Sequence record: KP869111
Source of the DNA: Escherichia coli O157 typing phage 13
Reading direction: 5' to 3' (one strand)
DNA: 64,000 nt
Shown here: positions 1 through 9,424 of the stretch, one piece after another
Layout: each line of letters opens with the position of its first letter
How positions within the stretch are numbered: position 1 is the stretch's first letter
The notes under the pieces: generated by a model
Told to the model about the DNA's origin: nothing
Seen by the model: only the letters and a program-made list of their open reading frames with translations
Database searches by the model: none
Translations under genes and position numbers: made by a program

Positions 1-626
1 TCTTTAACACCACGAACTTCTGCAATATCGCCGAGAGGACGCATAACATAAGCAATTTCGGATGCGAACTTTTCAAAATCTTCCGGGTTAACCGGTACAA
101 CTACTTCTACACCCGTACGGTCATCAGGACCCATCTTATCTACAAAGGTCGGCTTAATTTGTGGACCTGTGTCATCTTGGTAGATTACGTAACCACGAAC
201 TTCACCGTTGTGATAAGACGTAAGGTTAAACGTATCAGTATATGCTAATGGAGCTTTAGAACCGAGTCCGAATCCACCAATGAAATCGTTACTCGATGTT
301 TTAGTTGAAGCAAAATATGAGTTATAAATTCCTGGCTCTTCGTCATTACCTCGAATGGTGAAATCGCTCATACCAGGTCCAAAATCACGAACTACAAAAC
401 GTGGGTCTAAACGACCTGGAGCCTGAACAATAAACTTATCAGTGCAACCGTTAAGAATTTGTCCATCGATACAGTTTGTAATTAATTCACGTACACAAGC
501 CAATTCTTTGTTTGTATAAAGGTCATTAGACAAAATCTTATAAACTTTGCTATTGCCTTGAATAGTGAATGCTGTGCTCTTACCGCCTGAACCAATAATC
601 GTTTCTTTAGCCGTTTCAATAATCAT
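1..626 (-). CDS. rIIA: rIIA membrane-associated protein, N-terminal ~209 aa (3' end beyond window start)
   Basis: Own translation from ATG at 626: [17 protein letters not shown]...GPGMSDF..., closely matches T4 rIIA N-terminus as recalled; no stop before position 1. Confidence 0.8.
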   Translation of the reverse strand, partial: MIIETAKETIIGSGGKSTAFTIQGNSKVYKILSNDLYTNKELACVRELITNCIDGQILNGCTDKFIVQAPGRLDPRFVVRDFGPGMSDFTIRGNDEEPGIYNSYFASTKTSSNDFIGGFGLGSKAPLAYTDTFNLTSYHNGEVRGYVIYQDDTGPQIKPTFVDKMGPDDRTGVEVVVPVNPEDFEKFASEIAYVMRPLGDIAEVRGVK

Positions 627-638
627 ATTTTTCTCTCA

Positions 639-839
639 TCACAAGTTACGTTTAAAAATTTCTGCTACTTCAAGAAGTTCTTCTTTAGTAGCTGTATCGG
701 TTTGTATTTTATATCGAATTTCTTTAAAGCGTTCTTTAAAGGACTCTGCTGACTCGATATCAAAAAATCTTTGGATAAGCCGGAATTCCCGGAGCACTGC
801 TTTATCAAAAAGTTCCAAGTCCACGTTATATGTTCTCAT
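639..839 (-). CDS. small protein, rIIA.1-like by position
   Basis: 66-aa ORF ending 12 nt upstream of rIIA ATG; position as T4 rIIA.1; weak SD. Confidence 0.4.
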   Translation of the reverse strand: MRTYNVDLELFDKAVLREFRLIQRFFDIESAESFKERFKEIRYKIQTDTATKEELLEVAEIFKRNL

Positions 840-931
840 AATATTCTCTTCAGTAGATTCCTAGGGCACTATTACTAAAGACCATATAATCTATCATCTT
901 ATGTGTAATAGTGCCTCAGGCGATTCAGGAT

Positions 932-2032
932 TTACGCTGTGAAGATTTTATCCCACATCGCAACAACTGCATCTCGGTTATACTTCTTCCATACTGCTTC
1001 AGCACGTTTAACTCGAGCTTCGTATGTGTCAGTGAATTCTAATACAGCTTTTGTGTAAAGCGCAACTACTTCTTTCTTAGGAGTAGAGGAATCAATTTCT
1101 ACACGCACAGTATCTGGGTCGTATTCGAATGTCGCATGAGGATAATCCTTAAAAACTAACTGGATTACAGGGACACCTTTAGAGATGGCTTCAATAGAAC
1201 TATTCTCTACCGTACCTGTGTCAGGACACGTATTAATAAGTGCTTTAGCTGTTTTAAGACGTTCCATAATTTCACTGTGTGGAGCATCAATAATAACAGG
1301 ATATTTAGCTGGTGGTGCCCATTTACTAGGACAGTATCCTGCACCATTTTCGCCTAGTGCTTTAATCGCTTCAAGAGCAACATCAGTACGACGCATTTTA
1401 GTGTCATAACGTTGTGCACTAATAATCAGATCAGTCGCCGGAAGAACTTCAGGTTTCTCATTCAAACAAATAACCGGATAATCTTCGGCTTCAAACAACG
1501 GATTTGCTCGCCAATAATCATAATCAATTTTGTCAGTCAGACCTGAAGTCATATAACAATATTTACGTTCAAATTCACGGAAGGCTTTAGTAGGAGCATA
1601 ACTCTTACCACCATTCTTATGAATTTGAATAGTCTGGTCCCAAATTTGAACAATGCCACGAGATACCGGTTCAAACGGTGTTGCCATAAAATTCTTATGA
1701 ACTTTAGAGAGACCTGCGTCTTTAATTGCCTGAACGGTTAGTTTAGTCGGTTCCATAGTAACAACGAAATCGTATTCATGGATGCCGGCTAGTTCAACAA
1801 TCTTACGAGCCATAGTATAACTCATACCTAGACTGAATTTAGTCAGATGACCAACAGGATGATGATTAACCTTCCAATCACCAAATGTGTCATTATCAAA
1901 ACCAATATAATCAATATCGGCACCGATAGAAACTAAATATTTCAACACATTTAAATGTACTGCTTCAAGACCACCTTGTACACGGTCAGGATTAAATGGG
2001 ACTGCACGAGATGGGATAAACATAACTTTCAT
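932..2032 (-). CDS. GT-B fold glycosyltransferase, candidate DNA 5-hmC glycosyl (arabinosyl-type) transferase
   Basis: 366 aa; C-terminal E-x4-E-A-I-S-K-G-V-P-V-I motif typical of GT4/GT-B donor-binding domain; ATG with AAGG SD; sits between gene 39 and rIIA where T4 has gene 60/mobA. Confidence 0.55.
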   Translation of the reverse strand: MKVMFIPSRAVPFNPDRVQGGLEAVHLNVLKYLVSIGADIDYIGFDNDTFGDWKVNHHPVGHLTKFSLGMSYTMARKIVELAGIHEYDFVVTMEPTKLTVQAIKDAGLSKVHKNFMATPFEPVSRGIVQIWDQTIQIHKNGGKSYAPTKAFREFERKYCYMTSGLTDKIDYDYWRANPLFEAEDYPVICLNEKPEVLPATDLIISAQRYDTKMRRTDVALEAIKALGENGAGYCPSKWAPPAKYPVIIDAPHSEIMERLKTAKALINTCPDTGTVENSSIEAISKGVPVIQLVFKDYPHATFEYDPDTVRVEIDSSTPKKEVVALYTKAVLEFTDTYEARVKRAEAVWKKYNRDAVVAMWDKIFTA

Positions 2033-2058
2033 AATTAAGCCTTATTAAAATTAAAATG

Positions 2059-2076
2059 AAGCTCCCAAAGGAGCTT
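2059..2076 (-). terminator. hairpin (AAGCTCC-TTTG-GGAGCTT) overlapping gp39 stop, followed by T-rich tract
   Basis: 7-bp perfect stem seen directly; downstream CATTTTAATTTTAAT on minus strand. Confidence 0.5.
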
Positions 2077-3892
2077 AGGACATCCATTCTTTACGAAGTT
2101 CTGAATCATCACCCAACAACATTTCAAAGAGTTCTTTCCAATTTTCAGGAAGTTTAACTACGTCGTACACAGGGTTCTGAATCATTTCACGATATTCTGA
2201 CTTTTCAAGGGAGCCTAATCCCTTGATGTATCGAATACTATGCTTAGGCAGTGTATCTTTAACTTCTTCATACTCAGCTACAGTATAAAACCATTTTTGA
2301 GCTTTGCCAATTTGTGCAATAATTACAGGCGTTTTAACAAAGCGAATACGTCCTTGTTCAAACAATTCAGGCCAATTACTAAAGAAAGCAAGCAAAGCCG
2401 GATAGATACTTCCAAGACCGTCGTGATCTGCATCAGTCATAATTGCAATATTACGATAGTTCGTATTCTCTGCCTTTTCACCAAGAATAAGACCTGTGAT
2501 AGCACAGATATCAAAGAGCTCTTTGTTCTTCATCATATCAGCATATGACATACCCCAGCTATTCATCACCTTACCACGTAATGGGAATCCGCCGTGTAGT
2601 TCACGGTCACGAACATCAATGAGATAACCAATTGCAGAATCACCTTCTGTTAAGAACAATGTCGTATCTGCATCTTTACCACATTGGTTAGCTTTAATAT
2701 GCTTATGAACCTTAGCTTTAGTTGCCTTTTTAGCTGCTTTAGTTTCTGCAGCCTTTTCTGCTGCCAATTTACGAGCTAATGCTGCTTCAACAATAGGCAT
2801 AATCAAGGCTTCGTTTTTAAGAAGTGCCTGAGCAATTTTCTTAGCATCTAATTGGATATGATTACGAATATCACCATACGTTGACGTTAAACGTTCTTTA
2901 GTCTGAGAATCAAAACGCATGTTGCTCATGTCTCTAATAAACATCAACATTGTGAGGCATTCTTTAACACGAGCTTTAGTGACTTCAATACCCTTATATT
3001 TCTTTTTAATACCCGGCAAAAGATGTTCGCAGATATCGTCCATTACACATTCAACATGATGACCACCATTTTTAGTATGGATGTTATTCACATAAGTTAA
3101 ATGACGGAAGCCATCTGGTGATGTTGTGAATGCTATAGAGACTTTATCATTTTCTTGAATGATGTTATCTTCACCAAATTGTTTAGCAAATCGTTTAAAA
3201 TTACCATCAACCTTTTTACCATTAAATGTGAACTTGATATCAGGATAAACGACTGCCAATGTTTGAAGTCGGTCTAAAGTAATATCTAAATAAATTTGAG
3301 ATAAATTATGCTCTTCAAATGAAGAGAAATCAGGAGTGAAGATTACTTTAGTGCCTTTACCTTTAGATTTCTTAGAAGACCATGATTTGTTTTCCATTCC
3401 GTTTGAACAGTTAACAGTGATTTCATTTTCGCCATCTGACGTGATGCCTGTAAACAACGTAGAGAAGATATTAGTTAAACTACTCCCGACGCCGTTCATA
3501 CCACCAGTCTTGCGTTCAGAATCATCGCCAAAGTTACCACCAGCTTTTGGAATAGTCCAGGCTGCTACAGGCCCAGGAATTTGTTCACCTGTTTGGTCGG
3601 TAACTAAACCTTGAGGAATACCACGTCCGTTATCTTCCACCGAAACTTGATTATTTTTAATTTGCACATCAATTTTATTTGCAAACTTAAATGATGTACG
3701 AATAGCTTCATCAACCGAGTTGTCAATAATCTCATCGATTAATTTAACCAGACCAGGAACATATTCAACTTGTTGATATTTACCAAACAAAAAACGCTCG
3801 TGGGCTTCTTTGGCCGAAGAACCAATATACATGCCACTACGTTTCTTAATATGTTCTACATCTGACAGTACCTTAATTTCATTTTTAATCAT
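2075..3892 (-). CDS. 39: DNA topoisomerase II large (ATPase, GyrB-like) subunit, single ORF covering the T4 gene 39 + gene 60 functions
   Basis: 605 aa; GHKL ATPase motifs (NGRGIP, GGxxGxG) and Toprim (EGDSA, DADHDG); strong GAGGAG SD; no hop or intron interruption. Confidence 0.9.
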   Translation of the reverse strand: MIKNEIKVLSDVEHIKKRSGMYIGSSAKEAHERFLFGKYQQVEYVPGLVKLIDEIIDNSVDEAIRTSFKFANKIDVQIKNNQVSVEDNGRGIPQGLVTDQTGEQIPGPVAAWTIPKAGGNFGDDSERKTGGMNGVGSSLTNIFSTLFTGITSDGENEITVNCSNGMENKSWSSKKSKGKGTKVIFTPDFSSFEEHNLSQIYLDITLDRLQTLAVVYPDIKFTFNGKKVDGNFKRFAKQFGEDNIIQENDKVSIAFTTSPDGFRHLTYVNNIHTKNGGHHVECVMDDICEHLLPGIKKKYKGIEVTKARVKECLTMLMFIRDMSNMRFDSQTKERLTSTYGDIRNHIQLDAKKIAQALLKNEALIMPIVEAALARKLAAEKAAETKAAKKATKAKVHKHIKANQCGKDADTTLFLTEGDSAIGYLIDVRDRELHGGFPLRGKVMNSWGMSYADMMKNKELFDICAITGLILGEKAENTNYRNIAIMTDADHDGLGSIYPALLAFFSNWPELFEQGRIRFVKTPVIIAQIGKAQKWFYTVAEYEEVKDTLPKHSIRYIKGLGSLEKSEYREMIQNPVYDVVKLPENWKELFEMLLGDDSELRKEWMS

Positions 3893-4455
3893 GTTGTCTC
3901 CTCGTTATGAAGGTATTCTATCATCCGAAATCTAAAGCAAANNNNNNNNNNNNNNNNNNNNNNNNNNNNNNNNNNNNNNNNNNNNNNNNNNNNNNNNNNN
4001 NNNNNNNNNNNNNNNNNNNNNNNNNNNNNNNNNNNNNNNNNNNNNNNNNNNNNNNNNNNNNNNNNNNNNNNNNNNNNNNNNNNNNNNNTTTTAACTGTAA
4101 TGACCACATCACCTGATACGATCACCGAACCATCAACAAATTCTATAGAGCCTTTTTTGAAATCGACAGCTGTATCTGGTTCCGGAACTTCTTCAAAGAA
4201 TTTAAATTCTGCACCATAAATCAGAATATCACCTTGCATACTAATGATTGTACGTCCAGGTCCATCGGTTTCAGCGGCAATCATTGAAACACCGTAGCCA
4301 ATCATCTCTTCTACAATAAAATCTCTTGATAATAAAACCGTATGCAGAGTAGTGTTAAGACGTTTACCAGTCGTATTAAGAATTCTCAAGAAATTATCTT
4401 CCTGTCCTTTGATAATACGATATTTCTTACCAACTTCAAAACCTTTAAAAGCCAT
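3889..4455 (-). CDS. hypothetical protein (ORF spans assembly gap)
   Basis: 188-codon ORF whose stop overlaps gp39 ATG (ATGA); middle 49 codons are N; C-terminal segment carries the gp39 SD. Confidence 0.4.
   Translation of the reverse strand: MAFKGFEVGKKYRIIKGQEDNFLRILNTTGKRLNTTLHTVLLSRDFIVEEMIGYGVSMIAAETDGPGRTIISMQGDILIYGAEFKFFEEVPEPDTAVDFKKGSIEFVDGSVIVSGDVVITVKXXXXXXXXXXXXXXXXXXXXXXXXXXXXXXXXXXXXXXXXXXXXXXXXXXCFRFRMIEYLHNEETT
3942..4088. other. assembly gap (147 N)
   Basis: run of n characters. Confidence 0.95.
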
Positions 4456-4457
4456 AA

Positions 4458-4637
4458 TTAACCCTTCTTAAGTAAGTCGTAAAAACCACCGTTCACATGT
4501 TTAGGAGCAGAAACCCGACGAGTAGACAGACGATGACATTCAGGGCAAACATCGTTTTCTCGTTCAGAAATCCTTTTAATTTTTTCATATTCATGACCAC
4601 AATCTTCAGATTGACATTTATAATCGTATAACGGCAT
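4458..4637 (-). CDS. small zinc-ribbon protein (CxxC-x18-CxxC)
   Basis: Own translation MPLYDYKCQSEDCGHEYEKIKRISERENDVCPECHRLSTRRV... 59 aa; not in ORF track (<60 aa); abuts neighbours without overlap. Confidence 0.45.
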   Translation of the reverse strand: MPLYDYKCQSEDCGHEYEKIKRISERENDVCPECHRLSTRRVSAPKHVNGGFYDLLKKG

Positions 4638-4639
4638 TA

Positions 4640-5050
4640 TTATTCCTTAAAATGTGCTTTCAACATTTGATACAAAGACCATGCCTGGTCATTATTTTTG
4701 ATAGTAATCGTCATCACAGGAAATTCAGACAATTCATCAAGTTCACCAGAATCTTGCTCTTCGGACGCTTGATATGGATTTCCAACTTCGTCAAAGAACT
4801 CTGCTTCATTAGTGGAGAGCCAAATAAAGTTTTCATCAAGAATATCACCGCCTGTTGCGTATCCAACTGTGCCAGTAGATGTCACAATTTTAGTAGGACG
4901 ACCAAGATGGTCAACATCTAATACTTTAAATGGTTCCATGCCAAGACGTCGTGCATAAATCCCATTATCAGTGTGGTCTTTAATAAACTCTTCTTGGGCA
5001 CGTTTATCTTTAAATTGGTACCATGAGTTAACGCGGAATTTATTAGCCAT
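4640..5050 (-). CDS. hypothetical protein
   Basis: ORF track 4640..5068 begins with TTG; first ATG (MANKF...) at 5050 with GGAAGGA upstream and TAATG overlap with upstream stop. Confidence 0.5.
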   Translation of the reverse strand: MANKFRVNSWYQFKDKRAQEEFIKDHTDNGIYARRLGMEPFKVLDVDHLGRPTKIVTSTGTVGYATGGDILDENFIWLSTNEAEFFDEVGNPYQASEEQDSGELDELSEFPVMTITIKNNDQAWSLYQMLKAHFKE

Positions 5051-5277
5051 TAGTAAGTTTCCTTCCAATAAGTTGTACCGTTTTCAGTGATTTCACGGAA
5101 GATACCATAGATGGGCATTTCATCGCCAAGTTTTTCGTAAACGTAAACCACTTCGGTGTAGCATAAAAATTCGGTCCAGTTTTTCTGTACAACAACTAAA
5201 TCAGGATTAAACAGAACATCTTCAAACTCATCGATGTTTGAATCGGTAGTTACGTTTTTAATGATTTGACGTTTCAT
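5050..5277 (-). CDS. hypothetical protein
   Basis: Start moved to internal ATG (MKRQIIK...) preceded by AAGAGGAGA SD; the track's upstream extension lies inside the promoter hairpin. Confidence 0.5.
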   Translation of the reverse strand: MKRQIIKNVTTDSNIDEFEDVLFNPDLVVVQKNWTEFLCYTEVVYVYEKLGDEMPIYGIFREITENGTTYWKETY

Positions 5278-5334
5278 AATATTCTCCTCTTGTTTTGATA
5301 GGTCTATAGTATCATAGACCATAGTTGTTGTACA

Positions 5335-5859
5335 TCATTTTAGCAAAATAAAATCAACTTGTTCTGCCAATGAACGTCTAAACATTAATTGACAACTTCC
5401 GAGTATGAAATCAGGTGCTTCATAGACCGCGATGTAGTATCCTTTAGCTTTCAAGAGTTCAACATCCACTTGGTCATCAAACCATGCATAAACCGCGTCA
5501 ACACTTTCAAATCCAAAATAGAACCCTTGAGCCCAATCTTCACTCAATTCAAATGTGTACTCAATTCTATGGTATCTTAAGATATTTTGTTCAAGGAGTT
5601 TGTCTTCATTTACTGTAGGACGATTAGGGACATTATAGTTGTCGCCGTGATGGTAGAAGTTACCTGAGAGTATTCCATGCTTATCAAGGAATTCCCATGT
5701 TTCTTCAGAGTTGTCGGTGCCTGACCAACCGTACGGCGAGCGAGGTTCTTTATTCCAAGAGGTTTCCCAAATTCTGACGGCTTTACCGTCTTCGATAGCA
5801 ATTCCTGGTAATGATTCACGTTGAGTACAAAAACTACGTTCTACGCGGTAAACTAACAT
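5335..5859 (-). CDS. hypothetical protein
   Basis: 174 aa; ATG preceded by GAGGAG SD and an early promoter at 5886-5914. Confidence 0.6.
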   Translation of the reverse strand: MLVYRVERSFCTQRESLPGIAIEDGKAVRIWETSWNKEPRSPYGWSGTDNSEETWEFLDKHGILSGNFYHHGDNYNVPNRPTVNEDKLLEQNILRYHRIEYTFELSEDWAQGFYFGFESVDAVYAWFDDQVDVELLKAKGYYIAVYEAPDFILGSCQLMFRRSLAEQVDFILLK

Positions 5860-5885
5860 ATTATTCTCCTCTGGTTGATATGGTT

Positions 5886-5914
5886 ATAATATCAAATCCA
5901 GAGGAGAAGTAAAC
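5886..5914 (-). promoter_or_regulatory. early-type sigma70 promoter, -35 GTTTAC / -10 TATTAT, with inverted repeat pairing to the downstream SD
   Basis: minus strand reads GTTTAC-TTCTCCTCTGGATTTGA-TATTAT...CCAGAGGAG; arms CTCCTCTGG / CCAGAGGAG. Confidence 0.55.
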
Positions 5915-5918
5915 AACT

Positions 5919-6338
5919 TTATGCGAAAGCAGCTGGGCTATATTTTTTAATTTGGAATTCAGGAACTACCATGAACTGTCCAGCGAAAACAATGTTATAA
6001 AGCTTAACACCATCTTCTACCCAACGGTCGCTAATAAATCCGGCGATTTGCTTAGTTTTCCACGGTGTTCCATCAGTTGCCGCAGCAATAGTGAATTCAT
6101 GGTCTTTTTCAACAGAAACTGATCTGCATAATCCCCATTTGAACGCTTTTTCTTCCGGTTCAATGAATTGGCTTTTAACGTAACCAATGTTACCATCAGC
6201 GTCACGAACTTTAACTTCGTTACGTCCAAAAACAGGATCACTCACAGAAAGAACTTCAACCAACTTCCCGGCAACTTTAGAGCGAGAAGCAACAGATACA
6301 TATACGTAATCACCTGTAGAGAGATTTACAATATTCAT
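5919..6338 (-). CDS. hypothetical protein, member of 3-gene tandem paralog family
   Basis: 139 aa; C-terminal motif ISDRWVEDGVKLYNIVFAGQFMVVP shared with the next two genes. Confidence 0.6.
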   Translation of the reverse strand: MNIVNLSTGDYVYVSVASRSKVAGKLVEVLSVSDPVFGRNEVKVRDADGNIGYVKSQFIEPEEKAFKWGLCRSVSVEKDHEFTIAAATDGTPWKTKQIAGFISDRWVEDGVKLYNIVFAGQFMVVPEFQIKKYSPAAFA

Positions 6339-6347
6339 AATAATTCC

Positions 6348-6803
6348 TTAAGCTTTACGAGGAGACACATAGCGAGTGATTTCAGATTCTTTAACAACTC
6401 GGAAGTCACCTAAGAATACGATATTGTATAACTTTTCACCATCTTCAACCCATTGGTCACTAATGAAGCCACACATGGTATCAGTTGTGCTTGGATAGCC
6501 GTATTCATCGATGAAGTCAAATTCTTTATCAGTCTGGAATTCAACACCTTTACACAAGGCCCATTTGAACTGTACATTAGGTTCAGTAGAAGCAAAATGA
6601 GCGCTCACATGAGTTTCCAAGAATTTAGGACTTACGTAAGCATATTGAGTATCCTGACGTCCAAAACTAGGAATGATTCGAACTTTAACTTCTTTAATAC
6701 GTCCCATGCCATTTGTGCGAAGTCCGACAACTTCAACCAGACGACCTGCGGCTTTAGAACGGGATGCAGTTGATACACGCTTAATTTCACCAATAGTAAT
6801 CAT
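6348..6803 (-). CDS. hypothetical protein, tandem paralog family member
   Basis: 151 aa; C-terminal ISDQWVEDGEKLYNIVFLGDFRVV. Confidence 0.6.
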   Translation of the reverse strand: MITIGEIKRVSTASRSKAAGRLVEVVGLRTNGMGRIKEVKVRIIPSFGRQDTQYAYVSPKFLETHVSAHFASTEPNVQFKWALCKGVEFQTDKEFDFIDEYGYPSTTDTMCGFISDQWVEDGEKLYNIVFLGDFRVVKESEITRYVSPRKA

Positions 6804-6831
6804 AATTTCTCTCTTTGTTTAAATTGAATTC

Positions 6832-6860
6832 ACTATACTCCATCCATCCTTGGATGTACA
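6832..6860 (-). promoter_or_regulatory. early-type promoter (TGTACA -35, TATAGT -10) with conserved CCAAGGATGG spacer
   Basis: minus strand TGTACA-TCCAAGGATGGATGGAG-TATAGT. Confidence 0.45.
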
Positions 6861-6863
6861 ACA

Positions 6864-7358
6864 TTAATTTAGAATATTAACCACAGCACTACGTGGAACT
6901 ACACTAAAATCACCTGCATGAACAACGTTCAGAAGTTCAACACCGTCTTCAATCCACTGGTCAGTTACCCAGCCACTTACCGGTCCAGCGAATGGTCGAC
7001 GAATTGAAACTGCTTTACACAACAAGTCTGTAGGCTCGATAGGTTTAACTAAAGTACCGTACATAGAAGCGATGTCCATATCAAAGTGGAGACCATCTTT
7101 AACAGGTGCTTCTCCAATCAACAGTTCAAAGTCGGTGCTTGGAAGGGCGGTAGTAGAAATTGTACCATATGAATTTTTAATTTCTAAGAATAACCAAGGG
7201 CCTTCAGCTTGTTTGATGAAGTTAACAATAGTGAAACTATTACCTTGAGTGGCACCTAAAATTTCACAAAACTTTTCATAAGCTCGCACTGAAGCACCGT
7301 ACCAGTTGATTTGTTTTTCGTCTTTCAGGATGTAAGTGGCCGTAGTATTGATATTCAT
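6864..7358 (-). CDS. hypothetical protein, tandem paralog family member
   Basis: Track ORF begins with TTG inside the promoter; first ATG (MNINTT...) at 7358; C-terminal VTDQWIEDGVELLNVVHAGDFSVVP. Confidence 0.55.
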   Translation of the reverse strand: MNINTTATYILKDEKQINWYGASVRAYEKFCEILGATQGNSFTIVNFIKQAEGPWLFLEIKNSYGTISTTALPSTDFELLIGEAPVKDGLHFDMDIASMYGTLVKPIEPTDLLCKAVSIRRPFAGPVSGWVTDQWIEDGVELLNVVHAGDFSVVPRSAVVNILN

Positions 7359-7388
7359 AATGGTTTCCAGTTTGGTTAAGATAGAAAG

Positions 7389-7418
7389 ATTATACTCCAA
7401 CCATCCTTGGTTGTAAAC
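7389..7418 (-). promoter_or_regulatory. early-type promoter GTTTACA-N17-TATAAT with conserved spacer ACCAAGGATGGTTGGAG
   Basis: near-identical copies at 49400-49429 and 50419-50448. Confidence 0.55.
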
Positions 7419-7423
7419 TGTTT

Positions 7424-8101
7424 TTATCGCTGTTTTACACTTAACGGGTCAGGATTCTCAGGGACATCTTCAAGGCCAAGCGCATAACGCTGAGCATATT
7501 TTAACATCAAAATATCTTTAGCACAATCATGAATACTATCATGGGCAACGAATCCTTTTAGCGTACCCATCGGTAATGGACACATACTTAATCCTCGTGT
7601 CAACGAGTAAGCTTCGATTGCTGTACGAATATCACGTTGAGCCCAGAATTTAACCGGTTCTAATTTATCAGTATCAATATCTGGTTCAAGAACACCTTCA
7701 TCACGATAGAGGTCACGAATCAAATCGACCAAGATCGGGAAGTCAAAGCTCATACCACGGCACCACATCTGTGATTTCCATTGGTCAACTTTATTAGCTC
7801 GACAATAATCTAAAAAGATTTTAATGCCTTCAAGCGTAGTGACATCGTCTTCAGACGGAGCCAAGTTTTTACGTGCTTCAGCCGATTGTTCTTTCCACCA
7901 TTTCATAGTGGATTTAGCGAAAACTCGCTTCCCTTTCTGAGAAGCTAAATTAAATTTAATTCGCTTACCTCGTTGAACAAGTTCTTCAAATGATTCAACA
8001 ACTTCAGGGTCGGAATTATATGCAATAACCGCAAGGTCAATAACAGCCGCTTTTGATGTATTGCCGAATGTTTCAAAGTCTATAATAACATCAGTGCTCA
8101 T
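7424..8101 (-). CDS. dexA: exonuclease A (3'-5' DNA exonuclease)
   Basis: 225 aa; MSTDVIIDFETFG...DSIHDCAKDI matches T4 DexA as recalled. Confidence 0.85.
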   Translation of the reverse strand: MSTDVIIDFETFGNTSKAAVIDLAVIAYNSDPEVVESFEELVQRGKRIKFNLASQKGKRVFAKSTMKWWKEQSAEARKNLAPSEDDVTTLEGIKIFLDYCRANKVDQWKSQMWCRGMSFDFPILVDLIRDLYRDEGVLEPDIDTDKLEPVKFWAQRDIRTAIEAYSLTRGLSMCPLPMGTLKGFVAHDSIHDCAKDILMLKYAQRYALGLEDVPENPDPLSVKQR

Positions 8102-8110
8102 AATTTTCTC

Positions 8111-9424
8111 TCAAATAAAATGGACGTCAAAACGACCACGAGTCGTGCCGACATACAATAACTGTTTAGCTAATTCTGAATCGGCATAATGGATACACGG
8201 TGTATAAACAAAGGCCGTGTCAACAGACATACCCTGGGCCTTATGGAAGGTTGATACAGGTAGTGCCTTCACCTTAGTGAACATACGTTTAGCATCCCAG
8301 AATTCGCTCCATGGAGCTTTACCGCCTTTATTCCAGAATTTATATGTTTCTGCGGTCTTAGCCAAAAACAAATTGAATTTATAAAGCTCTTCTTCAGAAG
8401 AAATAACCTTTATATCTTCACGGATGTATTCTTCATCATCACTATATGTTTCTACTGTAAGATTCCAGTATCGTATCATATATTCGCCTGAAACACCGCG
8501 TGCTTTAACGAATGTAGACGTTTCTACAGCATCTCGAATACGAACGAATTGCCCGTTATTGAAAAGCATTTCGGTCATATTTTTGCCATCTAGCTTATAT
8601 GTCTTAGTAAATGGCTCTTGTAGAACAATGACTTCGTCTTTAATAAATGGCTTTTCTGTTTCGAGAAGTTTTCGGCGAATAATTGAATTTAACTTGTCCA
8701 CCGACTTATTTGTGAATGCCATCATTCGATTTTCGAAAAGGTCTTCAGGAGTTTTAACGACGTTAAAATAGTTCATCATATACGATTTAAGGTCTGTATA
8801 TCCATGAACACCGTGCCCATCAACTACTTTATCGTAAATCCATTTGCCATTACGAATATCAGTCGCAACATCAATAATTGGCGCATTGCTACGTTTAACT
8901 TCTGTAAGGTTGCATTGCACGAAGTCTTTGTGAGTGAAGAAAGGACTTAGATACGCAGTTGATTCGCCTGGGTCTACCGGACGAATCTGGCATCGGTCGC
9001 CGATTCCAATTACTGTGCACCATTTAGGGATACTAGCTAACATTATTTTAAACAGAGGACGGTCGCACATTGACGCTTCATCAAATAACAGTACACGACA
9101 CAAGGCTAAGTCGGGAACCTTTTTCTGTTCAAACAATACGTTTTCTTCGTATGTAGTTGGGTTGATTTTAAGAATGCTATGAATAGTCGATGCTTCTTGA
9201 CCCGCAAGTTTGCTTAGAACCTTTTTAGCAGCATGTGTAGGGGCTGCTAAAATAATACCTGATTCTCCGGCAGAAATAAGAGCTTCAACGATGAATCTAG
9301 TAAGGGTTGTTTTACCTGTACCAGCAGGCCCATTAATAGTTACGTGATGTTTCTTTTCTTTAATAGCGTTCATAACAACGTTGAAGGCGTTTTTCTGGCC
9401 TTCAGTCAAATCATCAAATGTCAT
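8111..9424 (-). CDS. dda: Dda DNA helicase (SF1B)
   Basis: 437 aa; MTFDDLTEGQKNAF...GPAGTGKTT Walker A; very close to T4 Dda as recalled. Confidence 0.9.
   Translation of the reverse strand: MTFDDLTEGQKNAFNVVMNAIKEKKHHVTINGPAGTGKTTLTRFIVEALISAGESGIILAAPTHAAKKVLSKLAGQEASTIHSILKINPTTYEENVLFEQKKVPDLALCRVLLFDEASMCDRPLFKIMLASIPKWCTVIGIGDRCQIRPVDPGESTAYLSPFFTHKDFVQCNLTEVKRSNAPIIDVATDIRNGKWIYDKVVDGHGVHGYTDLKSYMMNYFNVVKTPEDLFENRMMAFTNKSVDKLNSIIRRKLLETEKPFIKDEVIVLQEPFTKTYKLDGKNMTEMLFNNGQFVRIRDAVETSTFVKARGVSGEYMIRYWNLTVETYSDDEEYIREDIKVISSEEELYKFNLFLAKTAETYKFWNKGGKAPWSEFWDAKRMFTKVKALPVSTFHKAQGMSVDTAFVYTPCIHYADSELAKQLLYVGTTRGRFDVHFI

Noticed and set aside
565-864. Plus-strand 99-aa ORF overlapping rIIA and the rIIA.1-like gene
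   Set aside because: Antisense shadow ORF inside well-supported minus-strand genes; no SD; low-complexity translation.
3942-4088. N-runs (also 62699-62794) as possible biological features
   Set aside because: Runs of ambiguous bases are assembly gaps; the ORFs appearing to span them cannot be verified and the gap length may be arbitrary.
4640-5068. Using the ORF-track first codon as the start for several genes (for example 4640..5068, 6864..7400, 15957..16451, 16643..17302, 24924..26099, 39410..39985)
   Set aside because: In these cases the first codon is TTG or GTG within an upstream promoter or gene, and an internal ATG with a proper SD or ATGA/TAATG coupling is a better start.
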